This document shows positions 36,599-45,507 of a stretch of DNA of 49,009 nt, piece by piece (the first letter of the stretch is position 1; each line of letters opens with the position of its first letter). The DNA is from a virus (Duplodnaviria > Caudoviricetes): positions 1 through 49,009 of IMG/VR virus record IMGVR_UViG_3300021411_000009, one strand, 5' to 3'. The notes beneath the pieces were generated by a model that searched no databases, was not told the DNA's origin, and saw only the letters and a program-made list of their open reading frames with translations. Made by a program: the position numbers and the translations under genes.

Positions 36599-36900
36599 CC
36601 GATGGTGAAAAACTCTGCGCCGGTGTCAAGTTTAAGCCTAACTGTACTGGTCCAATAAACCTTCAAGTGTACTGGAGTACAGTAGGACTACTTGACAGTA
36701 ATGTCCTAGGTAAAGCCGCCCCCTTAGCCTTAGCTGGCAAGGGGGATTGGGCGTCGTCAGAGTTAGCTGTTAGCGTTTGTTGTTTACTGAGCAGATTGAA
36801 CCCCGGTGCGCACTCTGCGCCGCAAGCTGAGTCTCTGAGAGACTCAGGCCGGTCTTCTGATCTGTAAAAACTGCTAGGAAAACGACAGGAAAAACATCGG
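36599..36900. other. ~300-nt hairpin-rich non-coding element
   Basis: Stems 36624-31/36690-97, 36637-48/36676-86, 36719-25/36739-45 and 36827-35/36839-47; closing CCGATG/CATCGG. Confidence 0.55.
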
Positions 36901-36933
36901 CAGCGAATTTCAGAAACCAATTAGGATCTCCCA

Positions 36934-37227
36934 ATGAAATGCGAAAATTGCTCAAAAGAGCTCACTGAACACACCGCCCAATGGCGTGCCGATCTTTGCC
37001 CGGATTGCGCGAATAAGCGCTTGCTTGAAAACGCGATGTTTATGCTGGATAATCGCGAAAAGGTGGAAGCCCTAACCGACCGCGAGCTTTCAGACCTAGT
37101 CATAGACAAGATTTGGGGCCAAAAGGTCGGTTGGTGCTCCGCTGAAGATTGGCTCTTGGACGAGTTCATCCAGCGTTTCGACAAGGCCAAAGGCATAATT
37201 CGAGACACAGAGGAGTCCGCGCCATGA
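36934..37227 (+). CDS. Hypothetical protein with CxxC...CxxC zinc finger
   Basis: MKCENC...LCPDC. Confidence 0.6.
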   Translation: MKCENCSKELTEHTAQWRADLCPDCANKRLLENAMFMLDNREKVEALTDRELSDLVIDKIWGQKVGWCSAEDWLLDEFIQRFDKAKGIIRDTEESAP

Positions 37228-37388
37228 CCACCGAACCGCGCTACAAGCGCTTCCTAGCCTTCTGGACTGACCTGGCATACCTGGGGCTATGGGTATGCTG
37301 ACTTTGTGCGTCCTAGGCCTGCTGTTGGCCTATTCCCTAGCGTCTGGACTTCGCTGGCTAACCGGACTATTCCAAAACCTTTGATTTT

Positions 37389-37736
37389 ATGGGTACACCC
37401 TGCAAAACTCAGATCTACGACGAAGACAATAATCTGCTCCTTTCGTTCTATCGACAATCGGACGGCTATCCCCATTGCCACGGCAAAGAACTTATGGCCT
37501 TTTGCGCCGGGTACAAGATCGTAAATGGCCTAAGGGAGAGTGATCCAAAGAAAGTCGCGAACGGTATGGGCGACTTCGCAGCACAATGCCTCATGCATTT
37601 TAAGATGAGATCCTATGTAGGTCAAATCTACGTCCTATCTCAAAAAACCATCGATGAGTGGCATTCTGATTTCACTTACTCAGTCCTATTTTGCGAGGGC
37701 CAATTGATCGTCGAAATGAAACCGGACAACGAATAA
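37389..37736 (+). CDS. Conserved phage early protein
   Basis: MGT...YRQSDGYP..HG.EL...ANGMGDFAAQ motif seen in many phage early regions. Confidence 0.65.
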   Translation: MGTPCKTQIYDEDNNLLLSFYRQSDGYPHCHGKELMAFCAGYKIVNGLRESDPKKVANGMGDFAAQCLMHFKMRSYVGQIYVLSQKTIDEWHSDFTYSVLFCEGQLIVEMKPDNE

Positions 37737-37936
37737 TGAACCACCGATTCGAAATAGATTACCAGCTATCGGAGCGCGACAATGGGCGCTACGATTCACA
37801 AGAAAATGGCGGGGGCGAAACCGAGGAAGAACTCGGGACCCCCGTGCCGCTCGGTCCTTTCCTTTGGGTTTTCGTCTTTGGCCTAGCCTGTGGCTCCGCG
37901 CTCACGCTTGGCGTTCTCTTTGTTACTCACCAATAA
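37736..37936 (+). CDS. Small protein with C-terminal TM helix
   Basis: Start ATG 37736 (TAATG); FLWVFVFGLACGSALTLGVLFV. Confidence 0.55.
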   Translation: MNHRFEIDYQLSERDNGRYDSQENGGGETEEELGTPVPLGPFLWVFVFGLACGSALTLGVLFVTHQ

Positions 37937-37937
37937 A

Positions 37938-38420
37938 ATGAGCAGAAAATCGCTGAATCAGGAGAAATTGAAAGAGGTTCTGCAATACAGTCCAGAAACA
38001 GGCGTATTCACATGGAAAAAAACACGCTGCCGAAGGCTTAAGGTTGGGCAGATAGCAGGCTCTAGTTCAGGTAACTGGGGCTACCGACACATATTTATTG
38101 GAAGATATTATTACTCCGCACATCGCCTTGCGTGGCTATACGTTAACGGCACATGGCCTCTAGATGAAATCGACCACATAAACGGCCTACGGGACGATAA
38201 TCGTATTCTTAACCTAAGAAGTGTTACAAAAGCCCAAAACATGCAGAATAAAATGCATGACGCTAAAGGCGCTCACTGTGATCGGGGAAGGTGGGCTTCA
38301 ATGATCACAGTAAATAAAAAAAGAATACCGCTTGGCCGTTTCGACACGAAAGAAGAAGCGACCGCAGCTTACATTTTAGCCAAAAAAAAATTCATCCTTT
38401 TTTCAGCCAACAAAATATAA
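37938..38420 (+). CDS. HNH endonuclease with AP2-like C-terminus
   Basis: LQYSPETGVFTW; AHRLAWLY; IDHINGLRDDNRILNLR; LGRFDTKEEA. Confidence 0.9.
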   Translation: MSRKSLNQEKLKEVLQYSPETGVFTWKKTRCRRLKVGQIAGSSSGNWGYRHIFIGRYYYSAHRLAWLYVNGTWPLDEIDHINGLRDDNRILNLRSVTKAQNMQNKMHDAKGAHCDRGRWASMITVNKKRIPLGRFDTKEEATAAYILAKKKFILFSANKI

Positions 38421-38424
38421 AAAC

Positions 38425-38664
38425 ATGAAACAAGTAACGTTCCGTATTCGTAAATCAAAAGATGGCCAATTTTGGTTTGCTGTTCTCGCTGCCAATAACA
38501 AAACGCTTTGCAGCTCCGAAACCTATCACCGGATTCAGGGCGTACACAAAGCGCTTAAGTCTCTCATCCTTGGGCTACAGCTTAGCCATGTTAGCATCCA
38601 ACGTCCCGATGACAAGAAACCATCGGAAATATGCACACTCGACCTAAACAAGTTTCTCAAATGA
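38425..38664 (+). CDS. YegP/DUF1508-family protein
   Basis: FRIRKSKDGQFWFAVLAANNKTLCSSETY. Confidence 0.8.
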   Translation: MKQVTFRIRKSKDGQFWFAVLAANNKTLCSSETYHRIQGVHKALKSLILGLQLSHVSIQRPDDKKPSEICTLDLNKFLK

Positions 38665-38885
38665 AACGCCCAAACGTTCAAAAACTACAAGCGATGGTTG
38701 ACGACTTCAACGCACGCTTCCCCGTGGGCACTGCCGTAGTGAGGTACGCGCTAATTGACCCGCTAGAAATGCCAACAACGACAGCCACAACAACACCCGC
38801 ATGGGTGATGGGCGGACACTCTGCAATGGTTACCGTTCGAGGATTTCCTGGCGGACAGTCACTCGAAGCAATCCGCGTTTTATAA
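38661..38885 (+). CDS. Hypothetical protein
   Basis: Start ATG 38661; FNARFPVGT..T.T.AWVMGGHSAMV. Confidence 0.6.
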   Translation: MKRPNVQKLQAMVDDFNARFPVGTAVVRYALIDPLEMPTTTATTTPAWVMGGHSAMVTVRGFPGGQSLEAIRVL

Positions 38886-38891
38886 ATAGCC

Positions 38892-39020
38892 ATGAAAAGG
38901 CTAAACCTAGTCCTTATGGGAATGTCGCTGTGCTTTGGTGCCGCGATTTTTGTCTACACCTGGTCTGTCGCACGCGAGTCTCGTGTTATCGTATCCGAAC
39001 TGGAGAGTGATTTTAAATGA
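38892..39020 (+). CDS. 42-aa single-TM protein (not in ORF track)
   Basis: MKRLNLVLMGMSLCFGAAIFVYTWSVARESRVIVSELESDFK; ATGA overlap with the next ORF. Confidence 0.55.
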   Translation: MKRLNLVLMGMSLCFGAAIFVYTWSVARESRVIVSELESDFK

Positions 39021-39205
39021 AGAGAGATCGCTACGAGCCAAACCAAAACAAGCTCGGGACCGTACCTATTGGCAATGGTCTTGAGCTATTGCTAGATCGC
39101 GCCACGTGCCAGCAGTTGGGTTTGGCGCTTCCAGTAAAAAACCAAAAATTCAAGATAAGCAAAATACCGCTCAAGAAAAAGCGGGCGTGGCTGAAATCTC
39201 TTTAA
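39017..39205 (+). CDS. Hypothetical basic protein
   Basis: 62 aa, coupled to the upstream ORF. Confidence 0.5.
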   Translation: MKRDRYEPNQNKLGTVPIGNGLELLLDRATCQQLGLALPVKNQKFKISKIPLKKKRAWLKSL

Positions 39206-39210
39206 TTTCC

Positions 39211-39501
39211 ATGAATTTAAAAAACCGATTGCTGTCTTACCTTGGAAACGGAGGACTGTTTAATCCAGAGCTAATGGAGCACGATAAGGTAAGGGACTTA
39301 ATGTTGGATGTTCTTAACGAAATTCGTGCTAATGAAATTGAAGAATCATCCAAGTTTGAGAGCCCATTCGACCAATTGACGGACGTGCTTACGCGCTTTA
39401 AAATTCCATATTTTGTTGAGGAAAAACCCAGCACAACAATAATTCACATTGATGGAATGGTACTTAAGTTCTATCCAAATGGCCACCCTGTGGAAACCTG
39501 A
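39211..39501 (+). CDS. Hypothetical protein
   Basis: Start ATG 39211; YLGNGGLFNPELMEHDKVRDL. Confidence 0.6.
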   Translation: MNLKNRLLSYLGNGGLFNPELMEHDKVRDLMLDVLNEIRANEIEESSKFESPFDQLTDVLTRFKIPYFVEEKPSTTIIHIDGMVLKFYPNGHPVET

Positions 39502-39559
39502 ATCATAAGCTGAAACATCTATTTTGAGGACGCTTAATCTTTGGAATACCTAAAACAGC

Positions 39560-39588
39560 TTGACTCGATCGCACGATCAAACATAAGT
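39560..39588 (+). promoter_or_regulatory. Putative promoter
   Basis: TTGACT-16 bp-CATAAGT upstream of ATG 39619. Confidence 0.4.
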
Positions 39589-39618
39589 GATTCTAACAGG
39601 TAAACGAAACACAACTAT

Positions 39619-40038
39619 ATGAACAAACAGGCCAAACAACCAGACTGGGACGAAGTAGCGGCGCATGAAGCGGGGAAAGGCGGAGATACTACGCAATGCT
39701 TTTTTTGTGATAGCGTGCTGAACGTCGATGACCTAGCAGGCGCTCCCGAAGGATCTAGCCAAACGATTCGAGACATGTATTCGGTACGCCCTCGGTGCAT
39801 GTCCTGCGACTTGGACATCCGCATGCGCCTGAACGCGTCTATGATGAAATACATCGAAAGCGTGTTCGCTCACACTCCAAAGACCGAAGTACGATCTGAG
39901 GACGAGAAACGCTGCTTAGACGAAGTTTACGCAACGCAAGACCAAGAAGCTTTGAGCGCGGTAGACATCGACAAGCTCCATGAGGAACGCGGGGAAGCTA
40001 GAGTGCACGGCACCCGCTCAAACAATTTTCACGATTAA
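39619..40038 (+). CDS. Hypothetical protein with two CxxC motifs
   Basis: CFFC and CMSC. Confidence 0.55.
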   Translation: MNKQAKQPDWDEVAAHEAGKGGDTTQCFFCDSVLNVDDLAGAPEGSSQTIRDMYSVRPRCMSCDLDIRMRLNASMMKYIESVFAHTPKTEVRSEDEKRCLDEVYATQDQEALSAVDIDKLHEERGEARVHGTRSNNFHD

Positions 40039-40045
40039 TAATCCT

Positions 40046-40282
40046 ATGAAAACATACCGAAGTTCGAAGCGATTTACATTCGCAGTCATATCCACACTGC
40101 TCCTCAATTGTCATCTGATCAAAGCGGCAGCATACTTTGACCCATTGGCTGGCTACATTCCCATTCCAAGCATCCATCCTATTTGCGGCGAAACGCCTTG
40201 CGTGTGGGAACCGATGGGCTGTGAACCATGCTCGCCAGATTGTGTGATTCCAGATGGAACCGTTTGCCGGAGTCCAAAATGA
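40046..40282 (+). CDS. Small Cys-rich, possibly exported peptide
   Basis: Start ATG 40046; basic N-terminus, hydrophobic stretch, KAAA, then six Cys in the last 32 aa. Confidence 0.5.
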   Translation: MKTYRSSKRFTFAVISTLLLNCHLIKAAAYFDPLAGYIPIPSIHPICGETPCVWEPMGCEPCSPDCVIPDGTVCRSPK

Positions 40283-40746
40283 CCACACAACAATGGATCC
40301 CCTTGAGCGGCCCGGGCAGCAGGTTGCCGACTGAGGAGGACGCGTCCGACAGCGAGCGCGTTTACGTTTATGACGATCGCAGCCTAACGAAAGACATGTT
40401 TTATTGGCGTGACGTTAAGAACGGCTGGACTCACTGGGCACCGATCCCGAAGGCCCCGCCGTTGCCTAAGCCGGTCGAGCTGAGTCAGGAGGAGAAGGAC
40501 GAGAATGTTGCCACGGGAATAAGGCTCGACCGCGCGTACTATACCGGAGTTGAGGACATTAAGGCAGGCATCCACTACGGACGCGCAGATGGCCGCAAGC
40601 AGCTCGCTGCGGAATGCTTGGGGTTGTTTTCTGTGAGCGCTTCATTACCCCAAATAGAGAACCGATTCAGGATTGGAAATTATAGCATTTTCGCAGATCA
40701 GATTAAGCGTCTAAACGAACTGCTCACGGAGGCGGCGCGAACATGA
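40279..40746 (+). CDS. DUF551-like domain protein
   Basis: Start ATG 40279; WIP...RLP...THWAPIPKAP. Confidence 0.6.
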   Translation: MTTQQWIPLSGPGSRLPTEEDASDSERVYVYDDRSLTKDMFYWRDVKNGWTHWAPIPKAPPLPKPVELSQEEKDENVATGIRLDRAYYTGVEDIKAGIHYGRADGRKQLAAECLGLFSVSASLPQIENRFRIGNYSIFADQIKRLNELLTEAART

Positions 40747-41573
40747 GCCACAAACTAAAAGCAGCAGACGAGCTCGCAAATCAGGCTGCGAACGTAATCA
40801 GGAAGCTTTCCGCATATCAGCTCGAAACAAGGGACCTCGGCGAGCTGGTAATTGCGAGAGACGCCTACACCGCTGAGCGCGCCAAGTCAGAAGTAAAGCG
40901 GCCCGAGGCGAAAACTTCTGCGGGGGGCCGCGATCTTATCCAAGAAATTTGGGACCAAGAGAAGCGCGCCGAGAAAGCCGAGCAGGCCCTAATCTTTTTC
41001 GTTGCGGACCACGACGAGCAGCTCAAGCAGGCCCGCGAAGGTCGGGCCGTTGCTCAGGAGCTAGCCGAAACTCTGACGCAGCAAAATAAAGCGCTGCGGG
41101 ATGCGCTGGAGGGGGCGCGAGCGAGTATTAAAATATTAGGCTCTCAACTTCATTTAGTTTCCGAGTTAGCGCTCGAACACTTCGAGGAATCAAACCAAGA
41201 AAGAGAGTCTGAATGGTTTGGCGCGATAGCCAACACCGCCAACTTTGCCCGCACTCTATACGAAGACCCGGCCCTAGCCGCCATCACCGCCGCGTTAAGC
41301 GCTCAAGCTTCCAGCGCAACCGCGCGGACGGAGGTTTCAGCGCGAGAACTGATCGATTACATGATCAAGCGACATATTCAGATATTCGGCGACAGCCCTA
41401 ACGCTCAAAGCAAAATCAAAGATGCAGCGTACCAAGCCAGTGACCTCCTAAGCGTAATGCAAGCAGAGCGCGCCCCCACAGAGCCAGTCTTGCCGGAACC
41501 GCTTTGCCAAAAATGTGGCATCGGCTTCATTCTGCCTTCAGGGGCGTGCGATCACTGCGACCAGAAGCGCTAA
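40743..41573 (+). CDS. Mosaic hypothetical protein with C-terminal Zn ribbon
   Basis: Ala/Glu-rich helices; CQKC...CDHC. Confidence 0.55.
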   Translation: MSHKLKAADELANQAANVIRKLSAYQLETRDLGELVIARDAYTAERAKSEVKRPEAKTSAGGRDLIQEIWDQEKRAEKAEQALIFFVADHDEQLKQAREGRAVAQELAETLTQQNKALRDALEGARASIKILGSQLHLVSELALEHFEESNQERESEWFGAIANTANFARTLYEDPALAAITAALSAQASSATARTEVSARELIDYMIKRHIQIFGDSPNAQSKIKDAAYQASDLLSVMQAERAPTEPVLPEPLCQKCGIGFILPSGACDHCDQKR

Positions 41574-41654
41574 ACTGGGAGAAACTATGACTAACCCCGA
41601 CCGCAAATACATTTGGCTTAACCTCATCGCGCTGATAACCCTAATCCGTAAAAA

Positions 41655-42404
41655 ATGAAACCCTACGCCTACCCATTGTTTTTCTTGTCTGGCGCCGCTA
41701 GCATGTTCGGAGCATCCGCGAACGCTACGGTTGGTCAGTCGGTGGCATTCTCGGTTACGGCATCGGGTACTGCTCCTTTTACGTATACCTGGCGTAAAGC
41801 AGGGATAACTATCGCCGGAGCTACGGCAAACCCCTACGTGATTGCAAGTGCAGCCCTAGCTGATGCTGGAGATTATTCGGCGGTCGTCCTTAACTCGGCA
41901 GGATCTACCATTTCAGATATTGCTACACTTACGGTTACTGCCGCGACTACTCCTCCGCCTGCCTATGCGCCCGATTTTTCGAAATCGTATGCCGAGGCGG
42001 GACTCACCGGAAACTACGATCCTCCTGTGGGAAAGTGGCAAAATGGCTTCGCTATCATTCCGATAAAGAAGTCTCGCGATCCTGGCAATCACTTCTCCGA
42101 CGCGACTGGAATCTACATCATTGGACCAGGCGAGGCGGGAGTCTACGAAATCCGGATGACGTTGCGCGCAGTCGATAATCCTCCTCCCAACGTCTCTGTA
42201 GGTCTCACGTCGGGCGTGAATAACCTAGACGACAAGACCGGCTGGGCCGTAACGCCTCCTCCTTCGAGTAATTACATTCACTGGGGCCTTGAGCACGTAA
42301 ACACACGCACCCTTACAGACGGCGCTCAGATTCGATGCAACGTGTTCGTGGCGGCCCCTATCACCATTCAAAGTTTTGATGTCGTTATCCGCCGACTCTA
42401 CTGA
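41655..42404 (+). CDS. Exported Ig (I-set-like) plus C1q-like domain protein
   Basis: Signal peptide; FSVTASGTAPFTYTWRK...DAGDYSAVVLNSAGS..S..ATLTV; C-terminal DPGNHFSDATGIY...AGVYEI. Confidence 0.7.
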   Translation: MKPYAYPLFFLSGAASMFGASANATVGQSVAFSVTASGTAPFTYTWRKAGITIAGATANPYVIASAALADAGDYSAVVLNSAGSTISDIATLTVTAATTPPPAYAPDFSKSYAEAGLTGNYDPPVGKWQNGFAIIPIKKSRDPGNHFSDATGIYIIGPGEAGVYEIRMTLRAVDNPPPNVSVGLTSGVNNLDDKTGWAVTPPPSSNYIHWGLEHVNTRTLTDGAQIRCNVFVAAPITIQSFDVVIRRLY

Positions 42405-42405
42405 T

Positions 42406-42951
42406 ATGAACACTCAAGAGGAATGGAGGCCAGCTATTGGACACTATGGATACGAAGTATCAAGCCATGGAAACATTCGGTCAATTGATAGATTGATAGC
42501 CGACGTAAACGGAAAAAGAATTCGTTTTAGAAAAGGAGTTTTACTAAAACCAAAGATTAGTACAACAGGGTGTTTATGTGTGTATTTAGGTAGACATTTT
42601 AATAATGCAAAAGTACACCGAGTAGTGTGCCGTACATTTATAGGTCTAAGTGACAACCAAGAAGTTGACCACATCGATAGGAACAGGAAGAATAATCGCG
42701 CCTCAAATCTGAGGCCATGTACTAGCACCCAAAACCATACTAATACACTAAAACAATCTAATAACAAAAGTGGATACAAGGGTGTATGTTGGGATAAAAA
42801 AAGAGGTAAATGGTTAAGCCAAATTGCTTTTCAAAAAAAACACTTCCATTTAGGAAGGTACGATAGAATAGAAGACGCCGCACGCGCATACGATTCAGCT
42901 GCAACAAAATACTTTGGTGAATTTGCTCGCCTTAACTTTCCAAAACCATGA
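42406..42951 (+). CDS. NUMOD4-HNH-AP2 homing endonuclease
   Basis: EEWRP..YEVSSHGNIRS; VHRVV; VDHIDRNRKNNRASNLR; SGYKGV...AARAYD..A..YFGEFARLNF. Confidence 0.9.
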   Translation: MNTQEEWRPAIGHYGYEVSSHGNIRSIDRLIADVNGKRIRFRKGVLLKPKISTTGCLCVYLGRHFNNAKVHRVVCRTFIGLSDNQEVDHIDRNRKNNRASNLRPCTSTQNHTNTLKQSNNKSGYKGVCWDKKRGKWLSQIAFQKKHFHLGRYDRIEDAARAYDSAATKYFGEFARLNFPKP

Positions 42952-43472
42952 ACGCAGCCTACATAGAAGAATCAGCGCTTAAGGCGTGGCGTGCTCAGTT
43001 CAATAAAAGCAAAAGCAAAATTAATAAAAAGGAATCGTCGCTTCCTCCGTACACACCCGAAGAGCTTATTAAAACCCCTTTGGTTTATTCAAAACCCGCC
43101 AAGAAACGCCAATACCCAGAATCGGCTATAGCCACCGGACTAGTTCGCTGGTTTTCTTTTGCCCATAAAGGCATGGGCTTACCTTCAGATCACTTGCTTA
43201 TTCATTGTAAGAACGAAAGCAAGCAGAGCGCGATTGCTGGATCACGCATGAAGGCTCAAGGGGTAAGAAAAGGTTGCGCCGATTATTTGCTGCTTGTGCC
43301 GCGAGGCAAGTCCCACGGATTAGCGCTTGAATTAAAAGCTCCGGGCAAGAAACCTTCTCCAGAGCAGAAGGAATGGCTAGCGCTTGTCTCTGGTCAAGGG
43401 TATTATGTGGCAGTATGTGATTCGCTTCCGACCGCCATGGACTGCATTCAATCTTATTTACGACAAACATGA
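42948..43472 (+). CDS. VRR-NUC domain nuclease
   Basis: H..NE...MKAQGVRKGCAD.L...LELKAPG..PSPEQKEW. Confidence 0.85.
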   Translation: MNAAYIEESALKAWRAQFNKSKSKINKKESSLPPYTPEELIKTPLVYSKPAKKRQYPESAIATGLVRWFSFAHKGMGLPSDHLLIHCKNESKQSAIAGSRMKAQGVRKGCADYLLLVPRGKSHGLALELKAPGKKPSPEQKEWLALVSGQGYYVAVCDSLPTAMDCIQSYLRQT

Positions 43473-43918
43473 CACAACCAATATCTGGAATACGCATGGT
43501 GGCAATGAACTCCGAGCAAGGTAAGCTTGCTCAGTCTAGTCCTATGGCCGCGAAAAATATGCGAGCTAGAAAATATTCTCTGGAACTTTTGAATCTAGCC
43601 GCAGCTCGGGCCAAAGAGATAGGACTACAGGCTGCATCCGAGGAGACCGGAGTAGGGGCAGAAAGTTTGAAGAAGCATCTGTTCGTGACGAAGATAGAGA
43701 AGCAGAATCAAGGCCAGCTCGTGCTCATGCGCAAGGGTAAGGCCAATGGGGCTAAATACTCATTGGAACTTAAACGTGAGGTTGTGCGCCGGGCGCACGA
43801 ATTAGCGAAGCAAACGGGGCTACCCATCCGAAAGGCCTATAAAAATATCGGCGGTCTCATGGGCGTTAACGGCACGTCGATTCAAGCCTCTTATGTTCGC
43901 GGACTTTTCACTCTATGA
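43469..43918 (+). CDS. Putative tandem-HTH DNA-binding protein
   Basis: Two KYSLEL repeats, each followed by HTH-like helices (ASEETGVGAESL; IGGLMGVNGTSI). Confidence 0.5.
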   Translation: MTQPISGIRMVAMNSEQGKLAQSSPMAAKNMRARKYSLELLNLAAARAKEIGLQAASEETGVGAESLKKHLFVTKIEKQNQGQLVLMRKGKANGAKYSLELKREVVRRAHELAKQTGLPIRKAYKNIGGLMGVNGTSIQASYVRGLFTL

Positions 43919-44112
43919 AACTAACAGAAAACGACGCGGCAGAAATCGAAAAGTTCAGGCTCTATCTGACCGCAATAGCTCGCTGGGACAATGCCCATGA
44001 CTACTTGCCGGACTTTGCCCCGATCACCGACATGGAACGCATGACCTACATGAAAACTAGGATAAAGGCGCACGCCGACATTTATGATCAGATCTACGGA
44101 GAACGCCCATGA
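43915..44112 (+). CDS. Hypothetical protein
   Basis: 65 aa, ATGA-coupled. Confidence 0.5.
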   Translation: MKLTENDAAEIEKFRLYLTAIARWDNAHDYLPDFAPITDMERMTYMKTRIKAHADIYDQIYGERP

Positions 44113-44714
44113 GTCAACCAATCACACAGGAGCATGCCCTGGCCCAATCGTTCGCGCCCGATGAGAGTCTTTCGCTTACTCCGATTCAGCCACCAATTGT
44201 TAAGCCTAAGCGTAAGGCTACGCACAAACATCGTCGTAGGTTTATTGGTGCAATTACCGTGCGCGACTTTAACGGAGAGAAGTACCGTGTTGCCAACTCG
44301 GCAGAAGCCGCGCAGGCTCAACGTCAGTTACTCGCTAGCAAGGTATCGACCGTCTTTGAGAACAACCTTGATATGGTTATCAGGATGGGTATTCCCTTAG
44401 ACGCAAAGAGCGTGGCAGATTTGGCGAAAGCCGCAAATACAATTTCCGAAATGTTATCAGCTGCGCACAAGGGCGAGCCTGATCCAGCTCCGACTACTGG
44501 CATGAGCCAAGTAGGCCAGCTAGCTTCTCAGATGCTTCAGGGCGCGATGTCTGGCGTCATGCAGGGCGCTCAGATGACAATGGAGGAACGTCTTGCCAGG
44601 ATCAGCCAGCTTGGAAAGCGGCAGGAGAAAGCGCTAGAGAAGGCAGGGGAGCGAATGACCAAGCAAGCAGCCAAGGCAGAAGTAATCGTAGAACCAGAAC
44701 AAACAACAGAATGA
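44109..44714 (+). CDS. Hypothetical helical protein (possible terminase small subunit-like)
   Basis: 201 aa; LDAKSVADLAKA helices and a charged tail. The ORF is well supported, the function is a guess. Confidence 0.45.
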   Translation: MSQPITQEHALAQSFAPDESLSLTPIQPPIVKPKRKATHKHRRRFIGAITVRDFNGEKYRVANSAEAAQAQRQLLASKVSTVFENNLDMVIRMGIPLDAKSVADLAKAANTISEMLSAAHKGEPDPAPTTGMSQVGQLASQMLQGAMSGVMQGAQMTMEERLARISQLGKRQEKALEKAGERMTKQAAKAEVIVEPEQTTE

Positions 44715-44977
44715 ATACGCCGTCCGACAGAAGCAATTGGGCTATTGAAATACTCTCCCCGCACTTAGAATCCTATTCAAAAAGCAACAAAAACGCATAC
44801 TACTTCGCCGAGGCAATAAAATTATTAATCGCAGACGCCAAGCGATTAAACTGGCTTGAATCAGGTCCTATTATACCCATTGATTGCTCGCAAGAAAAAG
44901 GCGTTGAACCAGAGTTTCAAAAACGCGCAAGAATCACAAGAGAGTCGATAGACAAGGCAATGAATTCCTATGAATAA
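44711..44977 (+). CDS. Hypothetical protein
   Basis: DAKRLNWLE...RESIDKAM motif common in phage accessory genes. Confidence 0.55.
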   Translation: MNTPSDRSNWAIEILSPHLESYSKSNKNAYYFAEAIKLLIADAKRLNWLESGPIIPIDCSQEKGVEPEFQKRARITRESIDKAMNSYE

Positions 44978-45503
44978 ACAAAAAACTATCTGTTGCTGCG
45001 GATCTGAAATGTGGACTTGCGGAACAACCGGCTGCAAGTCTATGCCTGACGACACTGGACCGCCCGATATCGTAAGTAAATACGGATTTAGCGTAGAGGA
45101 TTGCCTTGCCTACGCTGACAGAGAGAAAAATAACAGCGTCCAGGACCCGGGTCTATCGATCGAGGATAAAACAATTTTCGTTTTGGCCGATGAGGTAATT
45201 GAACTGCGCAAGCTCGTCAATCGTTTCAAAAACAATAACCGATACCAACGCGGATACTCGGATGGTGAGGCGTCCAAGCTTGGACCAGGTTGGGTTCCTT
45301 CTTACAACGATCCAGACAACGCTTCTTGCGCACCCATAGCCGAACCTATCGACCAAGAAAACCCCGTAGCTCCATGGATGCGAATAGCGGCGGATGATAT
45401 CGTTAACCTTACGCTAAGCACCGACCCGATCATGCCGGATGACATCGAGGAAATGATCAATGTCGCTTCCAGCATAATCGCTGAGGTATGCCCAATTAAA
45501 TAA
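44970..45503 (+). CDS. Hypothetical protein
   Basis: 177 aa with Cys-rich N-terminus. Confidence 0.5.
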   Translation: MNKQKTICCCGSEMWTCGTTGCKSMPDDTGPPDIVSKYGFSVEDCLAYADREKNNSVQDPGLSIEDKTIFVLADEVIELRKLVNRFKNNNRYQRGYSDGEASKLGPGWVPSYNDPDNASCAPIAEPIDQENPVAPWMRIAADDIVNLTLSTDPIMPDDIEEMINVASSIIAEVCPIK

Positions 45504-45507
45504 CCCC

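Noticed and set aside
36906-36917. AATTTCAGAAAC resembling the group I intron P element
   Set aside because: No ordered Q, R and S elements or interrupted gene could be found.
37224-37384. Two tiny overlapping hydrophobic ORFs, possibly one frameshifted gene
   Set aside because: Too short to support and no clear slippery site.
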